From an uncultured Gammaproteobacteria bacterium (GTDB lineage: Bacteria > Patescibacteriota > Patescibacteriia > UBA11705 > JABHMO01): a DNA stretch of 64,000 bases. The notes beneath the pieces were generated by a model. That model made no database searches. It was not told where the DNA came from and saw only the letters and a list, made by a program, of their open reading frames with translations. Position numbers and translations under genes: made by a program. The stretch lies in NCBI GenBank assembly GCA_964362205.1, contig CAYIDA010000005.1:1-64000 (forward strand). The letters run 5' to 3'. Below, piece by piece: positions 1-9,500 of this stretch (its first letter is position 1; the number at the start of each line of letters is the position of its first letter).

Positions 1-229
1 CATTACCGAACTTCACACAAAAAATCAAGTAATGGACGATTATCAGGGACATGGAGGTGCTAATTGGCTTTTAGGCAATTATCAAGCTGCTCTTGACTGT
101 TTACCGTATTTCGATTGGAGTCGTGGCTATGGGCAGGCTGACTTCCACGGGGGTTATCCGGGGGATCGCAATCTGTACTTCGGTTTTCGCTCCGCGGTGA
201 GAGTGGGACGCCGAAGTTCTGAAACGTAG
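1..229 (+). CDS. C-terminal fragment of a protein entering from upstream; possibly an FGE-sulfatase/SUMF1-like domain tail
   Basis: The ORF is open to the window edge. The tail ...HGGYPGDRNLYFGFRSA resembles the C-terminus of formylglycine-generating-enzyme-like domains. The match is weak. Confidence 0.3.
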   Translation, partial: ITELHTKNQVMDDYQGHGGANWLLGNYQAALDCLPYFDWSRGYGQADFHGGYPGDRNLYFGFRSAVRVGRRSSET

Positions 230-421
230 GCGGCGAGTGAGATATAAATTATACTAATTATTTTAATTAATCTAATTATTCAAAATAATAATCAGTGACG
301 AAATCCCAATAAAAACAATTCAGATTTTAGAAATTTTTGTGATTTGAGAATTGGATATTATTTAGGTTAATTAGTATAATTAGGTCAATTAGGTTAATTC
401 ATTTTCACTTTATAATCTTTT

Positions 422-3400
422 ATGTCAAAACGAGAAGCCGGAATGCCGAGCGTGGAACAAAAATCAAATATTTCATTAAATCAAGAACAAATCGATTTGA
501 TAAAAATGCGCGCGGATGTTCGCAGGCGCGATCAGATTTTGCGCGTTGAAATCATGAATATCAAACAGCCATGGGCAACAGACGCCATGAAAGAACGCGA
601 GGAACAGGTCAGGCAAACCGTCTTGGCTGAAGCCAGAGGATATGAATCCAGCTTGGCCGGCAAATCAGCGGATGAATTATTGGCGCAGGCTGACGCGCTC
701 CAAGACAGAGCAGATGAAGCGACAAAAATTTTTCCTGATTTGGCTGTCTATCAGCTGAGCCGCGTGGTGAAGTTGCGCATGTTGGCCGGCAGTGATGTGA
801 GTAAAGAGCTGGAGATAGCCAGAAAAGCGCGCGAAAGATCAAACGTCAAATTCAATACAGCCGCGGCCAACCTTTTGCCTGACGCTATTATTCTTGGCGT
901 ACAAAAAAAATTGATTGAACGCAAACCTTTGCCTTCGCCGGAGCAGGTGGCGGTCATGGTCGCCACTGATAAAAAAATATTGGTTGATTATGCTTTGGTT
1001 CTGACGGAAAAAGAGCGGCCAGGCTTTTTGGCGTTGATTCCTGATAAAGATCGTCGCGAGGTGGCGATCATGCTGGATGAAGCGGTCGCCAAGGTTTTGC
1101 ATCAAGCCATTGTGGAAAAAGATACTGATGAAGACAAACAAAGAAAAGAAGTTCGCTTACGCGTTTTCAGGGAGTTGCAGCAAACATTGAAAGAGGGCAA
1201 AAAATCAGATAAATTCATGGCCGCGAAATTGGCTCGGGCAATGCTGAAATTGGGTGGAGATTCGCGTTTGTTGTTGCTTGAACTTGCGCGCGATGAAATG
1301 GAAGGCGAGCGTTTTGGCGTCAGCAATGAAGCAGAATACTTGCCTTACGTACTTGGAGTTTTAATGAAAGAATTCGATGATTATCGCATTAATGACGTTG
1401 CTCTTCAGCTTGTTGGCGATACTCGCACCCCCGTTCCGGTGGCGATCAGTTTATTGCACAAATTGGTTAGGCGCGGTTATGTACCGGCAACAGTCGATGA
1501 ATGGTGGAAGAAGCGAAACGAAGGATTTGACTCAACAAAGAAATATTCTGAATATAAAGAGTTGCAGGAGGATCATAAAAAACGTTTGGTGCTCTTGCAA
1601 AAAGTCATTGCTGATCTCGGCGTGGTGCCGAGTAAGGATGTTTTGGAATTTTTGGATGATGATAAACGCTGGAAAGGCGCGTCGCTCGATGAACGCGTTG
1701 AAACTATTCAAAAGAGCCAAGCTGAATTTGACAAAGCTCAAAGTCAGCATGAATTAGTCGGCATTCTAGCGCAAGACGAACACAAAGCCATGATTTATTA
1801 TCTTCTGCACGGCGGAGACGATCGGTTTAATTTGATCAATAATTACGGCATTGATAAATTCAAGGAAATGTTAAAGATGATTGTTGACTTGAAAATTCAC
1901 GAGAAACCAATTCAAATGTTTGCGCAATCTTTGAAAAAAGCCGGTATGAAACCAGCGGAAATTGAAAAAATTATTGAACGGCTGCGCGCCGGACATTTTC
2001 CATTGGATCATCCGGGACAAGATACCCAGGAAGCCAGCTTTGAAGTCAGCGAGAACGCGGCGGTGAAGAATGCTAATGCGGAAATCGGTCGGGTTTTAGG
2101 AAGAGAACAGTTAGGTGTGGTTTTGCTTTTCCCGATGTATCGCGATTATTTGGAAAAAGAGAATGGTGGTCAGGCCAAAACATTTCTGAAGGAGATGCAG
2201 GCCGCGCATACTTTCTCCGACCGATTGAGAATGATTGGAGAAATTGAAACAGCTTATCCTGATTTTCAAGCAAAAGTTAAAGCAGAGCTTGAAGATAGCT
2301 GGAAAGCTTTGGGTGAGAAAATGGTTTTGGAGGTTTCCCTGGAACAAGTTTTTACCGGCCAGTCCGTGCCGGTGCGCGGCGAAGAACTTATTCCGCGCCT
2401 GAATTCCAAACGAGTTGATTTGAAAAGAATGAAAAAAGATTTGCTCGTGGCTTTGCGCGGCGGAAATGAAAAATTGGAAAAAATTTACGCGGAAATATCA
2501 AAAAAGAAAAAAGCGCGTTCCGGCCTGTCCGCCGGACTGGAAAAGCAAACTGATCCTGCGAAGAAAAAGGAATTGGAAAAAAAACTGGAAGAACTTGATC
2601 GAGATTTGGGCGATCTTGAAGCGCAGAAAGCGCTCGTGAATAACGCAAAAACATCAGAACGTTTTTCGCATTTGGGTAAAGCCGAGAAAGATGAGGAAAT
2701 TGAACGCATTAGTCGAGAAATCATTGCGCTCACAGAAAAATCAGCCAGTGCCATTTTCACTTACTTAACGATGCAAGTATTGGGAGAAGACAGATTGCGC
2801 GAACAGGATGTGGCGTTGGTTCAGGAAATGGAGAGCCATTTGCAAGGGCCGTTTCAAACCGTGAACGATTTTTTGACTTATCAACCGACCGGCAAAGAAA
2901 AAACAGAAAAGAAAAATCAGCGCGTGACTTTGTGTTATCTGGATAAGGTTAAACGTTTGATGAATATGGTGCGGTTTGCTGACAGTAAAATTTGTTGTTT
3001 TTCCAGTATTAATTATGAAATGAAGGTTCAACACGAAACCGCGAACAAATATTGGGTGGCATCAATCAATGCTGATCCGATGTCATTTGTTATTTCCATG
3101 GAAATTCCTCAAGGCGAAGTAGCGGCAGAAGCGCGGCAATCAAAGTCAGTGGAAAACCTCGGGTTTATTTTTGGCAGTTTTTCAATTGACAATGATGGTT
3201 TGCCGGGAATAATGTTGAACGGTATTTATTATGCTCCGGGCATTGAGGACAGCAAGCAGGTGGCGGCGATTATGGAAAAGATTGAGAAGATTTTCGAGGG
3301 CATGCCGCTCAAACATATTGCTCTGGCCAGCCAACACGGCGGATCAATCAAATTACCCAATGAATATACCAATGAGGCGGTGGAATTGACTCGTTTGCGC

Positions 3401-3532
3401 GGTCTTGATGACAATAGCGGTTCGCCGGAAACAAAAGTTTACGATGATATTGGAACTAACGAAAGTTTGAATACTGCTAAGGTTTATAATGCCGGTGACA
3501 GTGGCAGTTTGTGGCATAAGAGGGTTAAATAG
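422..3532 (+). CDS. Large hypothetical protein (1036 aa), coiled-coil/charged, no recognised domain
   Basis: Long uninterrupted ORF with no competing frame. The ATG follows an AT-rich palindromic leader. A rho-independent terminator lies at 3546-3583. Confidence 0.8.
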   Translation: MSKREAGMPSVEQKSNISLNQEQIDLIKMRADVRRRDQILRVEIMNIKQPWATDAMKEREEQVRQTVLAEARGYESSLAGKSADELLAQADALQDRADEATKIFPDLAVYQLSRVVKLRMLAGSDVSKELEIARKARERSNVKFNTAAANLLPDAIILGVQKKLIERKPLPSPEQVAVMVATDKKILVDYALVLTEKERPGFLALIPDKDRREVAIMLDEAVAKVLHQAIVEKDTDEDKQRKEVRLRVFRELQQTLKEGKKSDKFMAAKLARAMLKLGGDSRLLLLELARDEMEGERFGVSNEAEYLPYVLGVLMKEFDDYRINDVALQLVGDTRTPVPVAISLLHKLVRRGYVPATVDEWWKKRNEGFDSTKKYSEYKELQEDHKKRLVLLQKVIADLGVVPSKDVLEFLDDDKRWKGASLDERVETIQKSQAEFDKAQSQHELVGILAQDEHKAMIYYLLHGGDDRFNLINNYGIDKFKEMLKMIVDLKIHEKPIQMFAQSLKKAGMKPAEIEKIIERLRAGHFPLDHPGQDTQEASFEVSENAAVKNANAEIGRVLGREQLGVVLLFPMYRDYLEKENGGQAKTFLKEMQAAHTFSDRLRMIGEIETAYPDFQAKVKAELEDSWKALGEKMVLEVSLEQVFTGQSVPVRGEELIPRLNSKRVDLKRMKKDLLVALRGGNEKLEKIYAEISKKKKARSGLSAGLEKQTDPAKKKELEKKLEELDRDLGDLEAQKALVNNAKTSERFSHLGKAEKDEEIERISREIIALTEKSASAIFTYLTMQVLGEDRLREQDVALVQEMESHLQGPFQTVNDFLTYQPTGKEKTEKKNQRVTLCYLDKVKRLMNMVRFADSKICCFSSINYEMKVQHETANKYWVASINADPMSFVISMEIPQGEVAAEARQSKSVENLGFIFGSFSIDNDGLPGIMLNGIYYAPGIEDSKQVAAIMEKIEKIFEGMPLKHIALASQHGGSIKLPNEYTNEAVELTRLRGLDDNSGSPETKVYDDIGTNESLNTAKVYNAGDSGSLWHKRVK

Positions 3533-3545
3533 TTGAATTGCACGG

Positions 3546-3583
3546 AAAACACAGCGAGGTATGATCGCTGTGTTTTGTTTTAA
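3546..3583 (+). terminator. Rho-independent terminator
   Basis: Stem acacagcga / tcgctgtgt with a 7-nt loop, followed by tttgtttt. Confidence 0.75.
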
Positions 3584-3703
3584 TTTAGTGGAGGTTTATA
3601 TGAAAGAAAGCTTGACAGATTCATTGGAATAGCATATAGTGTGACATTGAATCAGTTGATTCTGTTTTGTCCTTTTCCAAATAAACCAAACGGAGGTGAT
3701 TCT

Positions 3704-4294
3704 ATGGGAAGTACTTGCGATGTTTGCAAGAAAGTGCGAAAACGCGTTCATCGTAATCTTCTGACTGGTAAATACGTTTGCGCTAATTGTTATTGGATGG
3801 CTCGCTATTATAATCCCGCCTCTCATGAACGTTGTATGAAATGCGGCAAGAAAAAGCCGGTGCAGGCGCGTGATGAGTCTGGTCAGGCCATTTGTCCAAA
3901 TTGTCGGCTCAAGAATCCTGCTATTCACGAGCGATGTTTCAAATGCGGAAAAATGAGATGGGTGGAAATTCGCACAAGTTCTGGTAAAGCTATTTGCGGT
4001 CGTTGTTACAATGTATCTCGTTATCATGATCTATCCACTCACGAACGTTGTATGAAATGCGGCAAGAAGAAGCCGGTGACAAAACGTAGTAAAACCGGCG
4101 AAGCTATTTGCTCAAATTGTTACAAAAAGGCTCGCTATCACGATTCATCCACCTTTGAACGATGCTCAAAATGTGGCGAAACAAAACCGGTGGCAACACG
4201 CAACAAAAATGGCAAGGCTATCTGTCATAAATGCCGTTCACGCGATATTCGGAAGCAATGTTTAAAAATGAAGGAAAGGAAGGTTGCCACGTGA
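3704..4294 (+). CDS. Basic protein made of 5 tandem C4 zinc-ribbon units (CxxCG-x15-17-CxxC, each preceded by HERC)
   Basis: ATG at 3704 is preceded by GGAGGTGA at 3693-3700. The unit 'HERCMKCGKKKPV..R...G.AIC.NC' repeats five times. The protein is K/R-rich. Confidence 0.7.
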   Translation: MGSTCDVCKKVRKRVHRNLLTGKYVCANCYWMARYYNPASHERCMKCGKKKPVQARDESGQAICPNCRLKNPAIHERCFKCGKMRWVEIRTSSGKAICGRCYNVSRYHDLSTHERCMKCGKKKPVTKRSKTGEAICSNCYKKARYHDSSTFERCSKCGETKPVATRNKNGKAICHKCRSRDIRKQCLKMKERKVAT

Positions 4295-4914
4295 AAGGTA
4301 TCTGTGTTGTGTGCGGTCTTGAAAAGACTGTTTACAAAAACAGAAAAACCGGCAAGCAGACTTGTCATAGTTGCAGTGAGAGAGCTCGTTTCCACGCTGT
4401 TTCCAGTCACGAGAAATGTTTCAAGTGTGGTGAGATTAAAGCAGTGCATTCTCGCGATAAGAATAATCGGGCTGTCTGCAACGTTTGCTATTATCGTCAT
4501 TTTGTTAGCCGTGAAAAGTGCCGGCAATGTGGCAGGGTTCAAAAAGTGTATTCACGGAATGAAGCAGGGCAGCCTGTTTGCCGCAATTGTTTTAATCATG
4601 ATTCTTCTAATCACGAGAAGTGTTGCCAGTGCGGTCAGCTTAAAATAGTGCATGGACGGAGCGAATCCAATCAACCCATTTGCAACAGCTGTTATCGCAA
4701 AAATCCATCCACCCACGAAAAGTGCATCAAGTGCGACCAGGTAAAACGGGTATGTGTAAGGCATGAACTTGGCGCCATCTGCGAGAACTGTCGAGGCCAA
4801 GATCCCTCAACACACGAAGAATGCATCAAGTGCGGTCGAGTCAGACGGGTAAACAGCAGAGATAAGTCCGGTCGAGCTATTTGCCCTGCGTGTAATCAAA
4901 AAAGCAAGTGCTAA
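4291..4914 (+). CDS. Second tandem zinc-ribbon array protein (6 HEKC.KCG...C..C units)
   Basis: The frame has the same repeat architecture. A likely GTG start at 4291 lies after GGAAAGGAAGG and overlaps the upstream stop by 4 nt (GTGA). Alternative ATGs at 4231 and 4258 are in frame. Confidence 0.6.
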   Translation: MKGICVVCGLEKTVYKNRKTGKQTCHSCSERARFHAVSSHEKCFKCGEIKAVHSRDKNNRAVCNVCYYRHFVSREKCRQCGRVQKVYSRNEAGQPVCRNCFNHDSSNHEKCCQCGQLKIVHGRSESNQPICNSCYRKNPSTHEKCIKCDQVKRVCVRHELGAICENCRGQDPSTHEECIKCGRVRRVNSRDKSGRAICPACNQKSKC

Positions 4915-5012
4915 TATCAACGGTCCCAGTCATAAAAGGTTGGGACTTTTTCATTTTTTAAAAATCGTATTATGTGGTATAATAAACATTGAAGTAAAAT
5001 TAAAGCATTAAT

Positions 5013-5249
5013 ATGTTTTTAAGAATTTTGATCGGAATAGTCATGTGCGTAGTCGGATTTTTTATGGTCAAAAAACCGGACGCCGCACTTCGGGCAATCG
5101 GCCAGGTGGACTTCGCGGAAAAATTTTTCAGCGGCGGCAGTTATACTTTTTTTCAGATATTCGGCGTGGTTTTGGTTATGCTCGGTTTTGCCATAATTCT
5201 GAATTTGCATCTACTACTGCTCGGCAAATTCTATAATTTGTTTTTTTAA
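5013..5249 (+). CDS. Small hydrophobic (2-TM) hypothetical protein
   Basis: 78-aa ORF with two hydrophobic stretches. No homology recognised. Confidence 0.35.
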   Translation: MFLRILIGIVMCVVGFFMVKKPDAALRAIGQVDFAEKFFSGGSYTFFQIFGVVLVMLGFAIILNLHLLLLGKFYNLFF

Positions 5250-5250
5250 C

Positions 5251-5625
5251 ATGCTCGGTTATAAGAAAAAACTGGGCGCGTGGGGAGAAGAACTGGCGTT
5301 AAAATATTTTGAAGAAAAAGGTTATCGCTTGGTTGAAAAGAATTGGCACGCTTCCGGTCAGAAACAGATTGGTGAAATAGATTTGATTGTCGGGCTTGGT
5401 CAGGATTTGGTTTTTGTTGAAGTTAAAACCAGAACCACCAAAGAATTCGGTTTCGCGGAGAACGCGGTTGATCGATTTAAAAAAGAAAAAATCAGCAGGG
5501 CGATCAATCAGTTTATTTTTCTGCACGAGCAATATTGTGATCATTATCCGAGGTTTGATATTTTGGTGGTGGAAATTTTTGGTTTAACACCGAGGTTTGA
5601 ACATTTCTCGAACGTTGAACTGTAG
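5251..5625 (+). CDS. yraN: YraN family (UPF0102) predicted endonuclease
   Basis: Matches the GEELALKYFEEKGYRLVEKNW...GEIDLIV...LVFVEVKTR pattern of the UPF0102 family. Confidence 0.8.
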   Translation: MLGYKKKLGAWGEELALKYFEEKGYRLVEKNWHASGQKQIGEIDLIVGLGQDLVFVEVKTRTTKEFGFAENAVDRFKKEKISRAINQFIFLHEQYCDHYPRFDILVVEIFGLTPRFEHFSNVEL

Positions 5626-5803
5626 CCGCTTAAACTGAATTGGAAAGAATACATGATCTACTGATTACTAATGATATACTGATTACCGTTGACTATAATT
5701 TTAGTTGAGGTTTAATCAGTAGATTACGTAACTATCAGTACATCTGTATTATTTTGCTTCAAAGTTTTTAATCTTTCAATCTATTTTAATAATCCCAAAC
5801 TTT

Positions 5804-6139
5804 ATGTCAGAAGAAACACAGCAATTAAGCTCCAAGGACGTGTCGGACAATAAAGTAATCTCCGCCATCGGTTATATCGGCGTACTGTGCTTGATTCCGC
5901 TTTTGTTAAAAAAAGATAGCAAGTTCGCGCAGTTTCACGCCAAGCAGGGATTGGTTTTGTTTATCGCGGAAATCATGGTTTCTTTTGTGAATATTGTTCC
6001 ATTGCTTGGACAAATTGTTTGGTTTTTCGCCGGTTTAGTTTTTTTGGTGATGTCAGTGATTGGTTTACTGAAAGCCTGGAAAGGCGAGTGGTGGAAAATA
6101 CCGTATCTGCATGAATACGCGGAAAAAATTAATATTTAA
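5804..6139 (+). CDS. Small membrane protein (DUF4870-like, FHAKQG motif)
   Basis: 111 aa with two TM segments and a 'FAQFHAKQGLVLF' motif. Confidence 0.6.
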   Translation: MSEETQQLSSKDVSDNKVISAIGYIGVLCLIPLLLKKDSKFAQFHAKQGLVLFIAEIMVSFVNIVPLLGQIVWFFAGLVFLVMSVIGLLKAWKGEWWKIPYLHEYAEKINI

Positions 6140-6149
6140 GTTGTAAGGA

Positions 6150-6423
6150 TTGACAGCGTTGTATATAGTTTAATCTATAGATTCAATGAATATTCCGACA
6201 AATTGGTTTATCGCAGTTCTCCGAAGGGTTACTTTTTGACGCCCTGCACCAGTCGCTACGCCTGCCTGCGCGGCAGGGCTCCGGTGCAGGGCAAGCCAAA
6301 AGAGTTCACCTTTACCGTGAATTCGACGAAGGAGTGGTTTACGGCCAGACCCCGTGAAATGCAATGTAATCACGATAAACTATTAAATAAGTGGTTTCAT
6401 TATAAAACGTAAACAACGTTGGC
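6150..6423 (+). repeat. ~250-bp TIR-flanked structured element, copy A (candidate ncRNA or MITE). It is paralogous to 24520-24772 on the opposite strand.
   Basis: GC-rich island in AT-rich DNA. The ends AGCGTTGTATATAG (left) and AAACAACGTT (right) form an inverted repeat. The conserved 5' block is aatctatagattcaatgaatattccgacaaattggtttatcgc and the conserved 3' block is ccagaccccgtgaaatgcaatgtaatcac. The internal 9-bp stem is ccctgcacc...ggtgcaggg. Two six-frame ORFs called here are rejected as compositional artefacts. Confidence 0.6.
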
Positions 6424-6434
6424 AAATCTAATAT

Positions 6435-7880
6435 TTGATTATGGAAAATTTAAAACGAACAAAAATTGTTTGCACGCTGGGGCCGACTTCTGACAAGAAA
6501 CCGATTATCAAGCGTTTGATCAAAGCAGGCATGAATGTCAGCCGGCTTAATTTTTCGCACAATGTTCACTCTTATCATTTGAAAGTAATGAAGATGGTGA
6601 GGGCGGCGGCTATGGAATGCGCTGAACCGGTTGCAATTCTTCAAGATTTGCAAGGTCCGCGGATTAGATTGGGCGAATTGTCGGAAACTGGAATTAATCT
6701 GAAAAATAAAAGCCGTGTAATATTGACTACGGCTGATTCGACGGATGGGAAAAAGATTCCAGTGACTTACAAAAAAATGCATGAAGACGTTAAGGCTGGA
6801 GAAAGAATTTTGATTAGCGATGGTTTGATCGAGTTAAAAGTAAAAAGCGTTCAAAAAAAAGATATTATCTGCGTGGTGATAAACGGCGGTAAAATTTTTT
6901 CTCATAAAGGCATTAATTTGCCCGATACCAATGTTCGAATCGAGGCCTTGTCCGAGAAAGATAAAGAAGACCTGTTGTTTGGTGTGAAAAATAAAGTTGA
7001 TTTTGTGGCCTTGTCGTTTGTGAGAACCGCGAAAGATATTTATAATCTTAGAAAATTAATAGAGAAATATGAACGCCAACTAAAAATCAAAGCAACGTCG
7101 CCGATCAGAATTATCGCGAAAATAGAGCGGCGCGAGGCGATTGAAAACATAGACGAGATTTTGGCGTCGGCCGATGGTTTAATGGTGGCGCGCGGGGATC
7201 TTGGAATTGAAATGCCGGCTGAAGAGATTCCTTTGCTCCAAAAAATGTTGATTGACAAATGTTTGCACGCGGCCAAGCCAGTGATCGTGGCCACGCAAAT
7301 GTTGGAGTCCATGATCAATAATCCGCGACCGACCAGAGCCGAGGTTTCAGACGTGGCTAACGCCGTGATTGATCACACTGACGCGATCATGCTTTCCGGC
7401 GAAACGGCCAATGGGAAATTTCCGGTTGAGGCAGTGGAATATATGACGAAAATCGCGATCAATACGGAAAAATCAACTTATGATGATTTTGTTCTGCAGG
7501 AAAAAGTGAATCAAATTACTCCGGCGAATGACGCGGTGGCCGGCGTAGCCAAAGTTTTGACCGAGCAAGCAAATGTTAAATTAATTTTAGTTGCCTCATT
7601 GTCCGGGCATTCCGGCCGCGTGGTGAGCCGTTATCGGCCGGAAAAACCCATCTATGTTGCTTGCGATGAGCATCGGGTCGAACGTCAACTGAATTTGAAC
7701 TGGGGACTCAAACCGTTTGTTTTGCCCGCTTGTCAAACGATAAACAGCTTCATTGATCAGGCAACAAATTATTTGAAAAGGAAAAAAGTTGTTAAAAAAA
7801 ATGATCGAATCACGATTGTGTCCGGCATCACCATGGGGAAGTCGGGGACAACAGATTTTATAGAAATAAAAAAAATATAA
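6435..7880 (+). CDS. pyk: Pyruvate kinase
   Basis: N-terminus KIVCTLGPTSDKK...MNVSRLNFSHN and the MVARGDLGIEMP signature. The 481-aa length is consistent with pyruvate kinase. Confidence 0.95.
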   Translation: MIMENLKRTKIVCTLGPTSDKKPIIKRLIKAGMNVSRLNFSHNVHSYHLKVMKMVRAAAMECAEPVAILQDLQGPRIRLGELSETGINLKNKSRVILTTADSTDGKKIPVTYKKMHEDVKAGERILISDGLIELKVKSVQKKDIICVVINGGKIFSHKGINLPDTNVRIEALSEKDKEDLLFGVKNKVDFVALSFVRTAKDIYNLRKLIEKYERQLKIKATSPIRIIAKIERREAIENIDEILASADGLMVARGDLGIEMPAEEIPLLQKMLIDKCLHAAKPVIVATQMLESMINNPRPTRAEVSDVANAVIDHTDAIMLSGETANGKFPVEAVEYMTKIAINTEKSTYDDFVLQEKVNQITPANDAVAGVAKVLTEQANVKLILVASLSGHSGRVVSRYRPEKPIYVACDEHRVERQLNLNWGLKPFVLPACQTINSFIDQATNYLKRKKVVKKNDRITIVSGITMGKSGTTDFIEIKKI

Positions 7881-8150
7881 ATGTTTAAGCATTCAAAATA
7901 TTTGTTGCTTATATTTTTCATTTTAATGGTTTTGATAGCCATGATTTTAATTTACTCAAATGTTAATTCAACCGACAAAGTGGTTTACTTCGCTTCCAAA
8001 CAAGCGCCTTCTTGGTCAGAATTAATCGGTTGTGTGATTCGCGGCGGAGCGGTTGAGAGCGCGCCGGCCGGCAGTTCAGATAGCGCTGACTGTGAGAAGA
8101 AGACTGAAAGTTGCCAGAATAGCGCGCGATATTTATGTCATTATCGTTAA
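7881..8150 (+). CDS. Small hypothetical membrane-anchored protein
   Basis: 89-aa ORF with an N-terminal TM segment. It overlaps the next gene start. Weak support. Confidence 0.3.
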   Translation: MFKHSKYLLLIFFILMVLIAMILIYSNVNSTDKVVYFASKQAPSWSELIGCVIRGGAVESAPAGSSDSADCEKKTESCQNSARYLCHYR

Positions 8151-9280
8151 AAATAAAAGCAGTTAATTTTTGGGAAGCAGTGGCGGTTTTGACCGGTACG
8201 ATTATTGGCGCCGGTGTTTTGGGGTTACCTTTTGTCATTGCCAAACTGGGCGCGTTGCCCGGACTGGCTATGTTGCTCGTTTTGGGATTAGCGTCACTCA
8301 TTTTAAATTTGATGTTCGCGGAAGTCATTTTGCGTACACGTTACCGCCATCAGCTCGCCGGTTACGCGAGAAAGTACTTGGGAAAATTCGCTTTCACTTT
8401 GGAAACCGTTTCATTCCTCGTTGGCGGCTTTGGCGCGCTCACCGCTTATTTGATTGGCGAGGGAAAGGTGCTGACTGCTTTGTTCGGCGGTTCGGAGATG
8501 ACGAACGCGCTGATTTTTTTTGTTGTGACCGCGATTATTTTGTTCGCCGGGTTGAAAATTTTAAAAGTATTTGAACTATGGATGGTGCTCGCGCTCTTGG
8601 CGGTTGTTTTTTCCATTTTTATTTTTGGTTTTTCTTCGGTAGATCTTTCTAATTATAAAAACATTCAGATGAACGGCTGGTTGGTTGCTTACGGCGTAAT
8701 TCTTTTCGCTTACGGAGGCGCGGCTTCCATTGTGCCACTGCGAGAAATTTTACGTGGACATGAGCAACAAGTGAAACGAGCTGTTATTGTTGCGACCGTT
8801 ATTCCAATTGTTGTTTATATTTTATTCAGCTTAATCGTGGTGGGCGTGACCGGTCTCGCGACCACGGAAGTGGCGACCGTCGGACTGGGCGAAAAATTAG
8901 GACAGTACATGATTATTTTTGGCAATCTTTTCGCTTTTTTTGCCATGGGCACAAGTTTTTTAACGGTCGGAAACACGCTCAAAGAATTTTTGCATTATGA
9001 TTTGAAATTATCGCGCATTGTTTCATGGGCGCTGACCTTGATTGTGCCACTCTCAATATTTTTATTTGTGGCTCGCGGTTTTATCGATACGCTGGGCGTG
9101 GTGGGCGGTCTGGCTTTTGGGTTATCCGGTATTATTTTGGTCTTAATGTTTTGGCGCGCCAAAAAGCGCGGCGATCGATTGCCTGAATTTCATTTGTCAA
9201 AATTGAAAATCGTTGGTGGCGCGCTCGTTTTAATGTTTTTGTTTGGGTTGGTTTATACGGTTTACGGTTTTCTGAATTAG
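8135..9280 (+). CDS. Amino-acid permease (aromatic/Trp-Tyr permease-like transporter family)
   Basis: Polytopic membrane protein with the N-terminal 'GTIIGAGVLGLPF' motif typical of amino-acid transporter families. Confidence 0.7.
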   Translation: MSLSLKIKAVNFWEAVAVLTGTIIGAGVLGLPFVIAKLGALPGLAMLLVLGLASLILNLMFAEVILRTRYRHQLAGYARKYLGKFAFTLETVSFLVGGFGALTAYLIGEGKVLTALFGGSEMTNALIFFVVTAIILFAGLKILKVFELWMVLALLAVVFSIFIFGFSSVDLSNYKNIQMNGWLVAYGVILFAYGGAASIVPLREILRGHEQQVKRAVIVATVIPIVVYILFSLIVVGVTGLATTEVATVGLGEKLGQYMIIFGNLFAFFAMGTSFLTVGNTLKEFLHYDLKLSRIVSWALTLIVPLSIFLFVARGFIDTLGVVGGLAFGLSGIILVLMFWRAKKRGDRLPEFHLSKLKIVGGALVLMFLFGLVYTVYGFLN

Positions 9281-9500
9281 AAAGGTGCGGGGTTTGGCTG
9301 ACATTTTAATAATACTGATTTACCCTGTACTATAATTATTTCATATTAAGTACAGGGCAAGCTGATTGCTACTGATTTACTGATTATGCACTAATGGGAC
9401 AAAATAGACGAGATAATTAGGAGACGAGGGGCTCTTTTTTGTTTAATTTAATGACTTGATTTTCGTAAGAAATAATGATATGGTATTGGAGCAAATATTT

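Noticed and set aside
6170-6412. Six-frame ORFs 6170-6373(-) and 6203-6412(+) inside the GC-rich element upstream of pyk
   Set aside because: They overlap each other on opposite strands, lie entirely within a repeated structured element, have no RBS and have Arg/Gly/Pro-rich composition typical of GC-island artefacts.
8170-8574. Alternative-frame ORF inside the amino-acid permease gene
   Set aside because: Arg/Phe/Gly-rich out-of-frame translation of a clear membrane-protein gene.
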